Source: Candidatus Poribacteria bacterium
GTDB taxonomy: Bacteria; Poribacteria; WGA-4E; WGA-3G
Assembly: GCA_965205015.1 (NCBI GenBank)
Contig: OZ242029.1
Location: 4,974,939-5,038,938 of the forward strand
DNA length: 64,000 nucleotides
Direction of reading: 5' to 3'
Shown here: positions 27,169 to 37,968 of the stretch, piece after piece
Numbering within the stretch: position 1 is the first letter of the stretch
Layout of the letters: every line of letters starts with the position of its first letter
Translations under genes and position numbers: made by a program
The notes under the pieces: generated by a model
Told to the model about the DNA's origin: nothing
Seen by the model: the letters and a program-made list of their open reading frames with translations, nothing else
The model's database searches: none

Positions 27169-27858
27169 TTATTCAGCTTGCCCGACCTGTTCCATAAGCC
27201 GTTCCAGCTTACTCGGATCTTTGACCCCTTTTGATGCTTCGACGCCGGAACAGAGGTCGATGCCGTGAGGTCGGATTGTTTCAATAGCGGCTTTGACGTT
27301 CTCTGGACGAATCCCACCTGCAAAGAAGACTGGCAGCGGACTTTCTGTAATGAGTTCAGCAGCGACATTCCAATCACAGGTTTTTCCCGTGCCACCGTAT
27401 CTCGGTTTCTCAAGACTCACATCAACGCTATCAAAGAGTAGAAAATCCGCACCGGCATCCCGGTATGCCTGCATCTCTGTGCGTACAGCCGGTATATCTA
27501 CATTTTCAGGACTTCCGGCTGGCAAATAGACAGACTTCCAGAATTCACAGGTGCCTGTGCGCTTGAGTTCCTCAACCTGCTGTGGTGCCTCCTGTCCGAG
27601 GAGTTGAACGGCAAACGGCTGAACTTGTGAAATGATTTCTTGGATGTCGGATGTTGAGCGGTTATAGAGTAGAATTACGGTAGGAATCGGACTTCCGCTG
27701 GCAATTTCGGCGGCTTGCGTCGCGGAGCGGGTCCGTTCAGAGACGGCAACATCCACCAACACGCCGATGTAATCCGCACCAGCATCGGCGGCAAGTCGAG
27801 CATCATGGATAGAAGTGATGCCGCAGATTTTAACACTGCAGCGGGATTCTTTGGACAT
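27169..27858 (-). CDS. trpF: N-(5'-phosphoribosyl)anthranilate isomerase
   Basis: VKICGITSIHDARLAADAGADYIGVL. Confidence 0.9.
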   Translation of the reverse strand: MSKESRCSVKICGITSIHDARLAADAGADYIGVLVDVAVSERTRSATQAAEIASGSPIPTVILLYNRSTSDIQEIISQVQPFAVQLLGQEAPQQVEELKRTGTCEFWKSVYLPAGSPENVDIPAVRTEMQAYRDAGADFLLFDSVDVSLEKPRYGGTGKTCDWNVAAELITESPLPVFFAGGIRPENVKAAIETIRPHGIDLCSGVEASKGVKDPSKLERLMEQVGQAE

Positions 27859-27878
27859 CTTTTAATTATACCTTTTAG
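27859..27878 (-). promoter_or_regulatory. AAAAGG-TATAAT-TAAAAG motif abutting trpF ATG
   Basis: TATAAT ends 6 nt before ATG; preceded by GGGATT-tgta-AATCCC hairpin after the cupin gene. Confidence 0.4.
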
Positions 27879-27924
27879 TGAGATAGAGTCGGGATTACAA
27901 ATCCCGCCTACGGAAGCGTCGCTT

Positions 27925-28284
27925 TTACTCTTCAAAAACGGTTTGGCGATCGGCATCTGAATAACAGATAATCATCGTTACGGGTTGCCAACCGGTGTTG
28001 ACGGCATTGTGTTTGACATTGCGCGGAATACGCAGCATCATCCCCGGCCTGAGCGGAATAATCTCATCTCCCAATTTGTGATCGCATTCACCGGAGAGCA
28101 CATAGATAAGTTCCTCACAATTTGGATGGTAGTGGGTCGGATTGCCTTCCCCCGCATTAATATAGACGACCCCGAATGTCATCTCAGCTTCAGGATCAAT
28201 TTGATCGTTACAGAGCCACTTAATGGCGCCCCACGGAAATTCAAGTGCTCCAGCATCGTTACTGTTGGTTAAAGTTATCTCCAT
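27925..28284 (-). CDS. cupin domain protein
   Basis: GNPTHYHPNCEELIYVLSGE cupin motif 1. Confidence 0.7.
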   Translation of the reverse strand: MEITLTNSNDAGALEFPWGAIKWLCNDQIDPEAEMTFGVVYINAGEGNPTHYHPNCEELIYVLSGECDHKLGDEIIPLRPGMMLRIPRNVKHNAVNTGWQPVTMIICYSDADRQTVFEE

Positions 28285-28343
28285 AGCGGTTTCCTTCCTA
28301 TCTTTTGAGTAAAGCTCACAATTAAGTTTACACTCTCTAATGT

Positions 28344-28365
28344 GGCGAGGTTAGGAAACCTCGCC
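28344..28365. repeat. REP-like hairpin GGCGAGGTTAGGAAACCTCGCC
   Basis: Perfect 8-bp stem; direct-repeat partner at 29259. Confidence 0.6.
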
Positions 28366-28379
28366 AGCGAGGGTTTCAA

Positions 28380-29216
28380 TTATACATTGAAACACGCTAA
28401 ACATTGCGCTGCATAAGCCTTCAACGCTATTATCGGTTTTTCATGCAGGTAACCGACGGGGGCACATATAGCCCGCACAGTGTCGATTTGCATATCAAGT
28501 GCCTGATGGGTATGTCCGAAGAGCGCATGTGTGACAAGCGGCTCCTGCAAGCACTGCGCCCCAAGGTGTTTGCTGCCCATGAAAGCCCGGAAAAAATCCC
28601 ACGGTAACTCACCCCGGTATCGGATACACTCCCGAAACGGGACATGGTGCGTGACGACAATAATACGTGATACATCCTTCCGAATAGAGGCAATCTGCGC
28701 CCCAAGAGATGCTTCAAAGCGTCGGGCGACCGCTGGATCGGTATCATTCCATTTGGCATACCGCTTATCGTTCCAGACGGCTCCCATCAACTCTTTTTCG
28801 GCGTATTGATCGTCGGAAAAATCGTAACCCTCTGGAGCGAAACTATAATCGTACCAGCCGATAGTCCCACAGAAACCGACTTTCTCCCTGATAAAGGGTT
28901 CGTCCATCAAGGGATGAAATCCGCAGGCATGACAGAGTTCCGAAATAATTCCGCACTTCTGTTCACTCGTAACGTCAGTCGTCTCAATAGCCCAAATGTC
29001 GTGGTTACCGGGGACGAACAATTTCTCACACCTCAGATCCGCAAGGTGAAAGGCATTCAGCGTTTCGGAGAGTTGAACCAAATGCCGTGCGAGATCTCCG
29101 GCAAGCACTAAAACATCAAGTTCTGCTGCCCGAACAGCCGCAATAAGATGTGGAACCAGTGCTTTGTTCCAAGGCGTAACGTCCGTGTGTAAGTCTGAAA
29201 TGAGACCAATCTTCAT
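28380..29216 (-). CDS. metallophosphoesterase (calcineurin-like)
   Basis: MKIGLISDLH, VLAGDL, GNHD motifs. Confidence 0.8.
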   Translation of the reverse strand: MKIGLISDLHTDVTPWNKALVPHLIAAVRAAELDVLVLAGDLARHLVQLSETLNAFHLADLRCEKLFVPGNHDIWAIETTDVTSEQKCGIISELCHACGFHPLMDEPFIREKVGFCGTIGWYDYSFAPEGYDFSDDQYAEKELMGAVWNDKRYAKWNDTDPAVARRFEASLGAQIASIRKDVSRIIVVTHHVPFRECIRYRGELPWDFFRAFMGSKHLGAQCLQEPLVTHALFGHTHQALDMQIDTVRAICAPVGYLHEKPIIALKAYAAQCLACFNV

Positions 29217-29258
29217 TAGCAGTTTTTATAGTAAAGTCCACAATTACGTGAACACAAG

Positions 29259-29279
29259 GGCGAGGTTAGAAACCTCGCC
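29259..29279. repeat. REP-like hairpin GGCGAGGTTAGAAACCTCGCC
   Basis: Same family as 28344; together they flank the phosphoesterase gene. Confidence 0.6.
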
Positions 29280-29345
29280 AGCGGGACCTGGGAGGGTGCT
29301 GCGATTTCCTAAAATGCCAACTTATTTTTCGGCTTTACTATAAAA

Positions 29346-30794
29346 TTACATCGATTCCTCTTCCAGACTTCTGAATATCTCATCCAGAAAGATACGCACC
29401 CCACTCTCATCGTCCTGTTGGTACTGTTGAAGTTGGCGTTCCAACGCTCGGATAGAAGGGGCGTCACCGATTTTGGCAACTGCGTCGACGAGGGTGAGTT
29501 GAATCGCGGATTCAGTGCTATTTTCCAAGGCATTAATCAATCGATCTCTCGCCTTAGATCCACCAATGCTCCCGAGTGCGGAAGCAGCGATATCCTTCGT
29601 GCTGGTGTCTCCGTTTTCAAACGCAGTAATAAGCGTATCAACAGCGGGTTCACCAATCTGACTGAGTGCTAATCCAGCTTGGAAGCGGATGCCCGGAATT
29701 TCCACAGCATTTTCAAGAACCGCGATGAGGGCATCAATGGCAGAAACCGGTTTGAGAATTCCGAGTATAGAAAGACAAGCGCGTCGAATTTCTTGCTCGG
29801 GTTCCACTTCAATTTGGATGTATTCTTGCGCGAGTTCAGCGAGTTGCCCTTCGTTAATTTTTTGATAAAGTGCTTCGGACCTGTGTCTGAATTGCGTCCC
29901 GAAGGGTGCCTTAAGGGTGGCAGTATTCTCGGTTCTATCCACAGTGAGTAACCCCAGGATCGCAGCAGATTCTAATTGTTGTGCCTGAAGACTATCGGCT
30001 GGCAGTTGGTTGACGTCCGCGCTTTGAAACTCCTGAAAAAGGTCGTTAAGGACGCTCAATTCAACGAGGTGTTGAAGACTATTAATTGCCTCTTTCCGGA
30101 GCGAGAACTCGGTGCTATTTTTGAAGAGGTCCACGAGTGGTTCAATCGCCCGGACATCGCCTAAATCGCCGAGTGCGTCCACAGCGGCAATCTTCACACC
30201 TATGAGCTCAGTTGTTCGGAAAGTAAATTGCCTTTTAGCAAATTTGTCGAGTGTCTTCTTGTAATCATCAAGGCTATAAATTTTGCGTTCATCGACAATT
30301 TTCTCAACGATGTCCCCTACCTGAATATCGGTATTTGCCGCCGGGGTACCGGGTAAAACTTCCTTGACCCGCACAGTTCCACTGCCTTCAACGCTGAGTC
30401 CGACCTTATCCCCCTGTCTGCGGAGCGCGATCCGCAGGGGGGGTTTATCTTTTAGATAAAGAATGAAGTTATTATCCTCATCGAGTGCCTCCTTCATTGC
30501 CCCGTTAAAGTCGCCGACCTCTCGAACAGGATATTCTGCGATGACATACGAGATGAGTTCACCCGTCTCCAGTTGCGCTCTATCAGCGGGCCCGTTGGGG
30601 GTCGTATTCAAAACAACGACACCACTGGTTGACCAGCGGTCCTTCAGGTCGCTGTCTAACTGCTGCACCTGCATTTTCAGGTGTTCATCGTAATGCTGAT
30701 TATCACACCCGAGTCCGAGCATCAGTACAAAGAGGAGTGGCACGATAAACACCGAGGGGTGAGGTTTGTTAAACCGTGTTATTTTTATTCGCAT
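29346..30794 (-). CDS. HEAT-repeat protein with N-terminal signal/TM
   Basis: Repeated AVDALGDLGDVRAIEPLV-type PBS-lyase HEAT units. Confidence 0.7.
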   Translation of the reverse strand: MRIKITRFNKPHPSVFIVPLLFVLMLGLGCDNQHYDEHLKMQVQQLDSDLKDRWSTSGVVVLNTTPNGPADRAQLETGELISYVIAEYPVREVGDFNGAMKEALDEDNNFILYLKDKPPLRIALRRQGDKVGLSVEGSGTVRVKEVLPGTPAANTDIQVGDIVEKIVDERKIYSLDDYKKTLDKFAKRQFTFRTTELIGVKIAAVDALGDLGDVRAIEPLVDLFKNSTEFSLRKEAINSLQHLVELSVLNDLFQEFQSADVNQLPADSLQAQQLESAAILGLLTVDRTENTATLKAPFGTQFRHRSEALYQKINEGQLAELAQEYIQIEVEPEQEIRRACLSILGILKPVSAIDALIAVLENAVEIPGIRFQAGLALSQIGEPAVDTLITAFENGDTSTKDIAASALGSIGGSKARDRLINALENSTESAIQLTLVDAVAKIGDAPSIRALERQLQQYQQDDESGVRIFLDEIFRSLEEESM

Positions 30795-30818
30795 TTTTTA
30801 ATTCTTCCTTAGCGGTTA
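30795..30818 (-). promoter_or_regulatory. variant start-abutting motif CCGCTAAGG-AAGAAT-TAAAAAA-ATG
   Basis: Same architecture as 6827 motif. Confidence 0.3.
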
Positions 30819-30843
30819 AATGACGCGGGTAAGGGCTCACAAT

Positions 30844-31728
30844 TCAGTTAAGAGGGATGACGACATCCCGGCTGCTCTGTTCTTTTAGAGCGTCTAAGAG
30901 CGGTTCGACAACTTTTTCGTCACCGAGGACTGCCAATGCCCGAATCGCATCAACACGCAGCGAGGACCCCTTATTCTGCACAATTTTGACTAATTCCGGC
31001 ACAGCGCCCCCCCCAATTCTGCCGAGTGCTTCCACAGCAAGTTGGCGCACTTCAGGTTCCTCCCGATCGCGTTTCCATTTGGCAGACCCGGACTCAATTA
31101 AGGCGGCGAGTGCTGGAATTGCTTGTTCACTTCCAACCTCTCCGAGCGCCTTGACGGCATTCAAGCGAGTTTCCATTCTTCGATGATCCAAAAGTTTTAC
31201 CAAAATAGGCACAATCGTCCCTGGATCCTCCTTCCCGAGATGTCCAAGTATCCAATGCGCATTATGTCTATCGCGATTGTCGCTCGACTTAATCGCCTTT
31301 TGGAGTTGGCTGAGGAGTCGATTCCGGTCGCCTTGCTTATAGACCCGCTTCAGCGCATCAAGCGCAGCATTTTGGACATCCAAGTCATCATCACGGAGTG
31401 TCTCAAAAACGAGTCTTTCGAGGTACTTCCGCTGTTCGGCTTTATATGCGAGGAACATCTGCTCACCTCGCGCAGGGATCGACGCTTCCTGCCAATCAGT
31501 GGTATTCGGCTCGTAAAATTCTTGCGAGTTGTAGTATCCAAGCAGATAGTGTGCCTCAGCGCTATCAATCTGTTGCTGGAGCGCAAGTTTAAATTCTCGG
31601 ACGGCGCGTTCCTCTTTGCGTCGTTTATCCGATTTAATCAGTTCTTTACCCTTCGCGAGGTTCTCGTTCTGAGTACCGCACCCAATTACAAAGAGTGTCA
31701 GCACAAGGGCAAGCCAGATTTTCTTCAT
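30844..31728 (-). CDS. HEAT-repeat lipoprotein
   Basis: LVLTLFVIGC lipobox; repeated A(V/I)xALGxxGxxxA(I/V)P HEAT units. Confidence 0.7.
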   Translation of the reverse strand: MKKIWLALVLTLFVIGCGTQNENLAKGKELIKSDKRRKEERAVREFKLALQQQIDSAEAHYLLGYYNSQEFYEPNTTDWQEASIPARGEQMFLAYKAEQRKYLERLVFETLRDDDLDVQNAALDALKRVYKQGDRNRLLSQLQKAIKSSDNRDRHNAHWILGHLGKEDPGTIVPILVKLLDHRRMETRLNAVKALGEVGSEQAIPALAALIESGSAKWKRDREEPEVRQLAVEALGRIGGGAVPELVKIVQNKGSSLRVDAIRALAVLGDEKVVEPLLDALKEQSSRDVVIPLN

Positions 31729-31759
31729 AATTCATTTCTCCTATGCCACTGTCGGTCGA

Positions 31760-32305
31760 TTAGGCATCAAGAAGTTCCTGTTGTTCGCCGCCGGTTTCAG
31801 CAACTTGGTCCTCGGCTTCGCTTGTCTCTTCTTGTTCTTCGACTTCCTCTTGTTCTTCTGCATCAAGTGCCTTCTGCAGGATAACAAGCGGCTTTTCAAC
31901 GAAACCCCAATCCTTATATCTCTGGATGACATTCGTTTCCGTGGGCGTCAGCTCAATTTCAAGGGTTTTCGCGCCATTTTCTGCGGCGGCAGCCTCGGCA
32001 GCTTTCATGAGATGGTCGGCTATCCCCAACTGCCGAAAGGGTCCAGAAACAGCGAGATTCCCGACGTGAGCGACCTCAGCATCGCTGGAATTCTTGCTGA
32101 CGGTAATCTGTCCGATCGGGTATCCACTCGACTCCGCAACGAGTCGATGGGTTCGACCCTCTGATTCTAAATCGGCTTGCAGCTCCTGCGTCACCTGTGT
32201 TTTGGTTTTTTCAGGAAAACAAAATGTGTGTAAATGTGCCGCATCACCTTCTTCCGCTGGGCGTACTTTGATTGCCCCAGCCACGTCAAAATCTTGATTT
32301 GCCAT
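31760..32305 (-). CDS. GNAT family N-acetyltransferase with acidic C-terminal tail
   Basis: HVGNLAVSGPFRQLGIADHLM acetyl-CoA-binding motif. Confidence 0.7.
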   Translation of the reverse strand: MANQDFDVAGAIKVRPAEEGDAAHLHTFCFPEKTKTQVTQELQADLESEGRTHRLVAESSGYPIGQITVSKNSSDAEVAHVGNLAVSGPFRQLGIADHLMKAAEAAAAENGAKTLEIELTPTETNVIQRYKDWGFVEKPLVILQKALDAEEQEEVEEQEETSEAEDQVAETGGEQQELLDA

Positions 32306-32525
32306 GTTATTCTCCTTTAATCTTTATCAAGATGCCGGTATTTTCGCGCACAGCACGGCAGTACCTTTCAATAGCCAGCATCTATACCTATTATTTTGTC
32401 TCATTGTAATACAATTTGTTGCAGATTACAATTACTTTTCTCAGGACTCACGCACAGTGAACAGAGAAAGGCTGTATTTAATTCGGGCGAGGGGACAAAG
32501 GAGTACCCGTTGAAAGCGAAACATC

Positions 32526-34982
32526 CTAAGAAGAAATTGGTGTTTCATCTTCTTCTTCAAACTCATCAAAATCGTCAAGATCAATAAGCAGGGGCTGGTC
32601 GACAACTTCAACTTTTGTTTCCTCAAGGGTCTCCTGCCCAATTCGCAATTGTCGTTCCGCGTCCACAACATCTCTGTTAATTTTGCCAATACACCGGTTG
32701 AGTTTCTCAACGAGGACAGTGTGGCCATGCATCGCACGGCGGATTTGGCGGAGCTGGTCGATGACGAGTCGAAAGGTTCTGACGAAGTCGCCAGCATCTA
32801 AATCGGCATATTTTTCAAGTTGGTCAAAGGCACAGCCTTGACTCCAAGCGAGCATAGCAGTGCAGAGCCGGAGTTCTAACAGGGGTGTGATTTCAGTTAC
32901 CTTATGCTTAGCCTCTAAACGCTGTATGAACGAAATTTCAGAACTGACTGTATAAAGTGCCTCTAACACACGTTCGTCTTTGAGGGGCTTAAAGTATCCA
33001 TCTTTACGAGGCTCCGTGATAATCGCTACCATGAGACAGTTAATTTCGTCTTCCGTCAACTGCTCAAAAAGTCCGCTAAATAGCAATTGGGTTAATTGGA
33101 GTTCATATCCGTAGATAGAAGCAGCGGTGCTTCCACGTGGCAGAACGGATTGGTCTTCAATGTATCCGAGTTCTTCAAGCACCTTCAGACGGGCGGCTAT
33201 CTGCCGCTGTGGCTGGTTCTTCATAGATTTCGTCTTCTTTTTGATTTTCTGAAGCTGCGCATCTGCCTGGCGAATTGCCGTATATCTTCCACCACACGTG
33301 TTCAAGTGCGGACATCCGGTACAAAGACTCTTCTCGGAATTCGTTTGAATACGTTTAATTTCTTTGCGAATGGTGTCCAGCCGCTTCAAGCGCTCCTTTT
33401 TCCGCCTTTTTCCTCGCTTCTGCGATCTGATTTGCGCCATCTCTCCATACAAACGCTGAATCTGGTGTCCACGACTTCGCTTCTGGCGAAGATGTTTCCG
33501 AATTTGCTGACTTCCATCAATACCCTCGTGAATACACTCGGGTTCAGGGAGCGTCTGAAGTTTTTTCGTTTTACTATTAATCTGCCTGCTGCGCTCAGCG
33601 ACCCACACGCGGTTTTGATGATTACTCAGACTCATTGTGTAAACATCGTAAATGTCATCCCCATATTTCTCGTAAAGGTTAAGAATGCTGGAATAGGAAA
33701 GATTGAATTGACTCTCTATGGGTTCAATCTTATTAGAAACAACCCCTTGAATTTCATCGACATCGGCGTATGTAGGTATAATTTGCGCATAGACATAACC
33801 GATGGTATCTATACCGCGTCTGCCTGCGCGCCCTGACATCTGATGATATTCCCGCGCCTTGAGGTGTCGAAATCCGAACCCATCAAATTTTTCGAGGCTG
33901 TCAAAAACCACTGAGCAGGCTGGCATATTAATGCCAACGGCGAACGTTTCTGTGGTAAAAAGGAATTGGATCAATCCGGAGGTAAATAACCTTTCAACGA
34001 TCTCTTTCAGCGTCGGTAGCATACCGGCGTGATGATAGGCGATGCCACAACTCACTAATTTACGGAACTCTGCAATCTTGTTTTCCTCGGCGATGTCGAA
34101 TTGGAGGCAGAGTTCATCAAATTGCTTTAAAATCTGTGCCGTCTGTTCTTCATTCAGCAGCTGTAACTGCGATCCGAACGCCAATGATTTTGCGTTTTCT
34201 TCACACCTCCTCCGACTAAAACAGAAATAGAGGCACGGAAATTGCTTCTCTTGACGGAGATGCGGAATCAGACGTGTCTCCACGAAGCCTGCGGGAAATG
34301 CCGGAAGGTTTCTATTTTCCAATACCCCAGAATTTCGTACCCCGATATCGTGCTGAGATATTTTTCGCAGGCGGGAGATGTGTGAGGTATCCCCAATGCC
34401 GTAATCTTTAAAATAGAGGTAATGTTTTAAAGGAACCGGACGCTTTAATTCCTCGACTATCTCAATGTCGATATCCCGCACGCTTTGCATCCACTCTGTG
34501 AAAGGATTAATGTTCGGGATTGTGGCACTCAGACAGACGAATTTAATATGTTGCGGGGCGAAAATGATACTCTCTTCCCAGACTGTTCCGCGCTCAATAT
34601 CATTAATATAATGGATTTCGTCAAAGATGACGTAAGAAACGTCTTGTAACCGTTCAATATCGTCAAAGATGGTATTCCGAAAAATCTCGGTCGTCATCAA
34701 CAGCACTTGCGCATACGGATTTAGGACCACATCGCCTGTAACAATGCCGATTTTTTCCCCATATTCGGCGTAAAAATCCCGATATTTTTGATTACTGAGG
34801 GCTTTGATCGGTGCGGTGTAGATAACGCGACGGTTCTCCTTAAGACATTTTTCAACGGCGTACTCAGCAATAACAGTTTTACCCGCCCCTGTTGGGGCAG
34901 TGACAATCACTGAAGTATCCCGATTAATCGCCGCGATCGCTTCCTCTTGAAACCGATCCAGTTGTAACCCTTTGTAAAGCAT
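32526..34982 (-). CDS. Ski2-like DEAD/DEAH-box helicase
   Basis: TAPTGAGKT Walker A, APIKALSNQK, DEIH box, SAT, helicase C motifs. Confidence 0.85.
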   Translation of the reverse strand: MLYKGLQLDRFQEEAIAAINRDTSVIVTAPTGAGKTVIAEYAVEKCLKENRRVIYTAPIKALSNQKYRDFYAEYGEKIGIVTGDVVLNPYAQVLLMTTEIFRNTIFDDIERLQDVSYVIFDEIHYINDIERGTVWEESIIFAPQHIKFVCLSATIPNINPFTEWMQSVRDIDIEIVEELKRPVPLKHYLYFKDYGIGDTSHISRLRKISQHDIGVRNSGVLENRNLPAFPAGFVETRLIPHLRQEKQFPCLYFCFSRRRCEENAKSLAFGSQLQLLNEEQTAQILKQFDELCLQFDIAEENKIAEFRKLVSCGIAYHHAGMLPTLKEIVERLFTSGLIQFLFTTETFAVGINMPACSVVFDSLEKFDGFGFRHLKAREYHQMSGRAGRRGIDTIGYVYAQIIPTYADVDEIQGVVSNKIEPIESQFNLSYSSILNLYEKYGDDIYDVYTMSLSNHQNRVWVAERSRQINSKTKKLQTLPEPECIHEGIDGSQQIRKHLRQKRSRGHQIQRLYGEMAQIRSQKRGKRRKKERLKRLDTIRKEIKRIQTNSEKSLCTGCPHLNTCGGRYTAIRQADAQLQKIKKKTKSMKNQPQRQIAARLKVLEELGYIEDQSVLPRGSTAASIYGYELQLTQLLFSGLFEQLTEDEINCLMVAIITEPRKDGYFKPLKDERVLEALYTVSSEISFIQRLEAKHKVTEITPLLELRLCTAMLAWSQGCAFDQLEKYADLDAGDFVRTFRLVIDQLRQIRRAMHGHTVLVEKLNRCIGKINRDVVDAERQLRIGQETLEETKVEVVDQPLLIDLDDFDEFEEEDETPISS

Positions 34983-35165
34983 CCAACCCTCCCTTGCATT
35001 TCAAACCACCTCCGCACAATGGACAAGCAGTGTGAGGTGTAATGTTAAGAACAATTGTAATAGATACGTTATTTTTTGTCAAGCGAAATTTTCTCAAACC
35101 CAAGGCTATTTAGTTTTAAGGTTCTTGTGCAATTTATCGGAAAAGCCGGGAATCGGAGCATTAGG

Positions 35166-35240
35166 GGCAGGTACAAGACCTAAGGAAACACCGAAGCAAA
35201 AACCCCTACAAGAGGTCTATTTATTTTTCGGGTTTACCAT
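35166..35240. repeat. dispersed intergenic element GGCAGGTACAAGACCT[aaggaaacaccgaagcaaaaa]CCCCTACAAG...GGGTTTACCAT
   Basis: Shares modules with 49421-49492 and 62098-62160. Confidence 0.55.
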
Positions 35241-35352
35241 AAATGACCCTGCGTTTCTGTCGTTTCTCCTTGACATCCTCCACTTTTCATGTTACTATAG
35301 GTATTAAGAGCGTTTAAACTGGGTTCCATATCAACGTTAGAGGTGAAAACTT

Positions 35353-35853
35353 ATGCAAAACGCTAAAGGGAGACGAAACCAAGGGTCGTCTATCTATGGC
35401 AAGCAGATCTTGGCGATTCTGATAAGTGTCGCGCTTTGTGGTGTTATCGCATGGGCACAAAAGCGTAATGATGAAAATAAGAAGGGCATCACCTTAGTAG
35501 ATCTCGGCGTAACAGCGGCACAGAAAGCCCAACTTGAAGAATTGTGGGACCTGAAACGTCAAAAAGACATTCAGTCAATCAATGACTTGAAAACCTTAAA
35601 TCGACTCGCCAAGGATTCGCTTGTAGAAGATATAGAAATTCAGAAAACCTTAGACGAATTCCGAGCGAAACGGCAGCAGATGCAAGGACAGATTGAAGAG
35701 ATTGAGGAAGAATTGGTTCAGACATTACCGACTCAAGCGCAACTCCATTTAACACTGATGGGTGTGTTGGATAACGGTATCCCGCGCCGAACGAAGAAGC
35801 CACAAACCAACAAGACCCCAAACGCAGCACCTAAACCACCGTCAGAACAGTAG
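35353..35853 (+). CDS. periplasmic LTXXQ-motif (Spy/CpxP-like) protein, putative
   Basis: N-terminal TM/signal, coiled-coil, GVTAAQKAQLEEL and LPTQAQL resembling LTxxQ motifs. Confidence 0.4.
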   Translation: MQNAKGRRNQGSSIYGKQILAILISVALCGVIAWAQKRNDENKKGITLVDLGVTAAQKAQLEELWDLKRQKDIQSINDLKTLNRLAKDSLVEDIEIQKTLDEFRAKRQQMQGQIEEIEEELVQTLPTQAQLHLTLMGVLDNGIPRRTKKPQTNKTPNAAPKPPSEQ

Positions 35854-35867
35854 GTGCAATAAAAAAG

Positions 35868-35940
<73 letters not shown>

Positions 35941-35980
35941 ACACAAAGATTGTTTTAATTATATCACATATTCTCAGGGA

Positions 35981-36847
35981 ATGCAAGAAAAATTTACCTT
36001 CTTCGGAAAAATGACTCAAAAACCGCAAACAGATCCATTTTTTTCCTTCGCGAATCTTGATAGTAACGAAGTTGAACTCGCAACAGGTGCCCTGCTCATC
36101 GCGCAAAGCGAGTATCGCGAACTCAATATTGAGAATTACCTCTACCAACTTGACGAGATGGCGGCTGCGGTCCGGGAACGGATCCAAGCGGCAACGCTAC
36201 CTGAGCAGCACATCACCGAATTGAATCGATATCTCTTTGAGGAAAAAGGCTTCACAGGAAATATCGATAATTATTACGCGCTCGGTAACAACTTCCTCAA
36301 CTTTGTCCTTGATAAAAAGACAGGGATTCCAATCACGTTAGGTGTTGTCTACATCGAAGTTGGTAGACGCGCTGGGTTACCACTCGTCGGTGTAAATTTT
36401 CCAGGGCATTTCCTTGTCAGATACCAACGCGAACATTTAGACATCCTGCTTGATGTATTTGAAAACGGATCCTTTATGTGCGAAGACGCACTTCGGGCAA
36501 AACTCCAAGAAACCCACGGTGACTCGGTACCGCTGGAATCGAGTATGTTGACTGAAGCCACAGATAAAGAGATCCTTGCCCGCATTTTGCGGAATCTGAC
36601 GCGCGCCTACACGCTCCTTGAAAACTACGATAAAGCCCTTACAGCCGCTGAACGCATTACGTGGTTGTTACCAAACACCGCCCCGGACTACCGCCTGCTC
36701 GGTTACCTACACTACAAAAATCATGCGTACAGCAAAGGTATCGCCGCCTTCGAGACATATCTCCGCCTCGCAGACGCTCCGCCCGATGCCACGGCAGTCG
36801 AGCGAAACATACAGCACCTCCAAAAGCTACTCTCGCGTCTGAATTAA
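35981..36847 (+). CDS. transglutaminase-like/TPR protein (SirB1/YchA family)
   Basis: LPLVGVNFPGHFLVRY matches transglutaminase-like core-2 region; TPR-like C-terminus. Confidence 0.65.
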   Translation: MQEKFTFFGKMTQKPQTDPFFSFANLDSNEVELATGALLIAQSEYRELNIENYLYQLDEMAAAVRERIQAATLPEQHITELNRYLFEEKGFTGNIDNYYALGNNFLNFVLDKKTGIPITLGVVYIEVGRRAGLPLVGVNFPGHFLVRYQREHLDILLDVFENGSFMCEDALRAKLQETHGDSVPLESSMLTEATDKEILARILRNLTRAYTLLENYDKALTAAERITWLLPNTAPDYRLLGYLHYKNHAYSKGIAAFETYLRLADAPPDATAVERNIQHLQKLLSRLN

Positions 36848-36995
36848 GATTAACGCAACATCCCCACGCTTACCCAAGCAAAAGACATGACATTTTCTCG
36901 CGGACGTGATATACTGAGTTTGAACGTCCTGTTAGCGGATGCACACGTGCAGCGGATTTCCGTTTTCACGTTCGTGCCGGTCCGCATAAGGGTTA

Positions 36996-37853
36996 ATGGC
37001 AAATATTACATCTGAATTTCAGCGGTTTCTGGAAAAATCTCAGCCCAAATTAACAATGGAGGAGATAAACATGAATTATCTGGAACGCTATTGCACTTGG
37101 GTATGTACTGTCCTGATCCTGCTCAATCTATCATTGACAGCGTTGGGACAGGCAGAAAAGGCGGAAACTCTTGTTGGACACTGGACATTTGAGAAAGGGG
37201 TCGAACAGGAAGATCTTACGGGTAACTTTGCTGATATTAAGCTCATGGGTGCTACAATCGAGGACGGTCAATTGAATGTGGATATTGGCAAGTGGGCAAT
37301 CGCCAGTGGATATAATGGACCGGATATCGGAGAAAAGACGTTGGTGTCGTGGGCAATCATGGATAATCTTGATGTCCAGAAAGGCTCAATACTCACCATC
37401 GACCGTCTCTCCGATCCGACATTCGACGCGATCGTCTTTGGGGAACGTCAGCCTCATCGTTGGATGGCAGGTAGCGGTTGGTTTCACCGCACCCAAGACC
37501 CGAAACCTGGGTTCGAGGAAAAGAAAACGGGAGAGCTGATTATGATGGCGATCTCGTACGAAGATGACGGTGGCACGGCGCGGGTACAGATATACCGGAA
37601 CGGAGACAAAATTGGCGACTATACATTCGGTCAATTCGTGACCTTTGAGAACAACGATGCCGAGGCAATCTGGGGGAAGCGCCACGGAGGTTTGGGTGGA
37701 GGTCCGGGAGATCTCGACGCGCATATTGAGGATTCACGCATCTACGCTTCCGCTCTCAGTGAGGCAGAGATCAAAAACTTGCTGCCTGATACGCTTGATG
37801 TGGAAGCGCACGGTAAAATCGCGACGACCTGGGCAAGACTGAAAACAGAGTAA
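36996..37853 (+). CDS. secreted LamG/concanavalin-like domain protein
   Basis: Signal peptide; LVGHWTFEKG...DLTGNFADIKLMGATIEDGQL LamG-like start; C-terminal KIATTWARLK motif. Confidence 0.6.
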   Translation: MANITSEFQRFLEKSQPKLTMEEINMNYLERYCTWVCTVLILLNLSLTALGQAEKAETLVGHWTFEKGVEQEDLTGNFADIKLMGATIEDGQLNVDIGKWAIASGYNGPDIGEKTLVSWAIMDNLDVQKGSILTIDRLSDPTFDAIVFGERQPHRWMAGSGWFHRTQDPKPGFEEKKTGELIMMAISYEDDGGTARVQIYRNGDKIGDYTFGQFVTFENNDAEAIWGKRHGGLGGGPGDLDAHIEDSRIYASALSEAEIKNLLPDTLDVEAHGKIATTWARLKTE

Positions 37854-37968
37854 CATTTGAACATGAGTTGTATGAGATGTCCCGGAGGGTTTTGAAACCC
37901 TTCGGGACTTCCACAAGAGAAAACTAATATTGTTTTTATACCTGTAAAGAAAAATCGAAACGCAAAGC

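Noticed and set aside
33096-33836. 246-aa plus-strand ORF inside the helicase gene
   Set aside because: Antisense to a well-supported 818-aa Ski2-like helicase with conserved motifs throughout.
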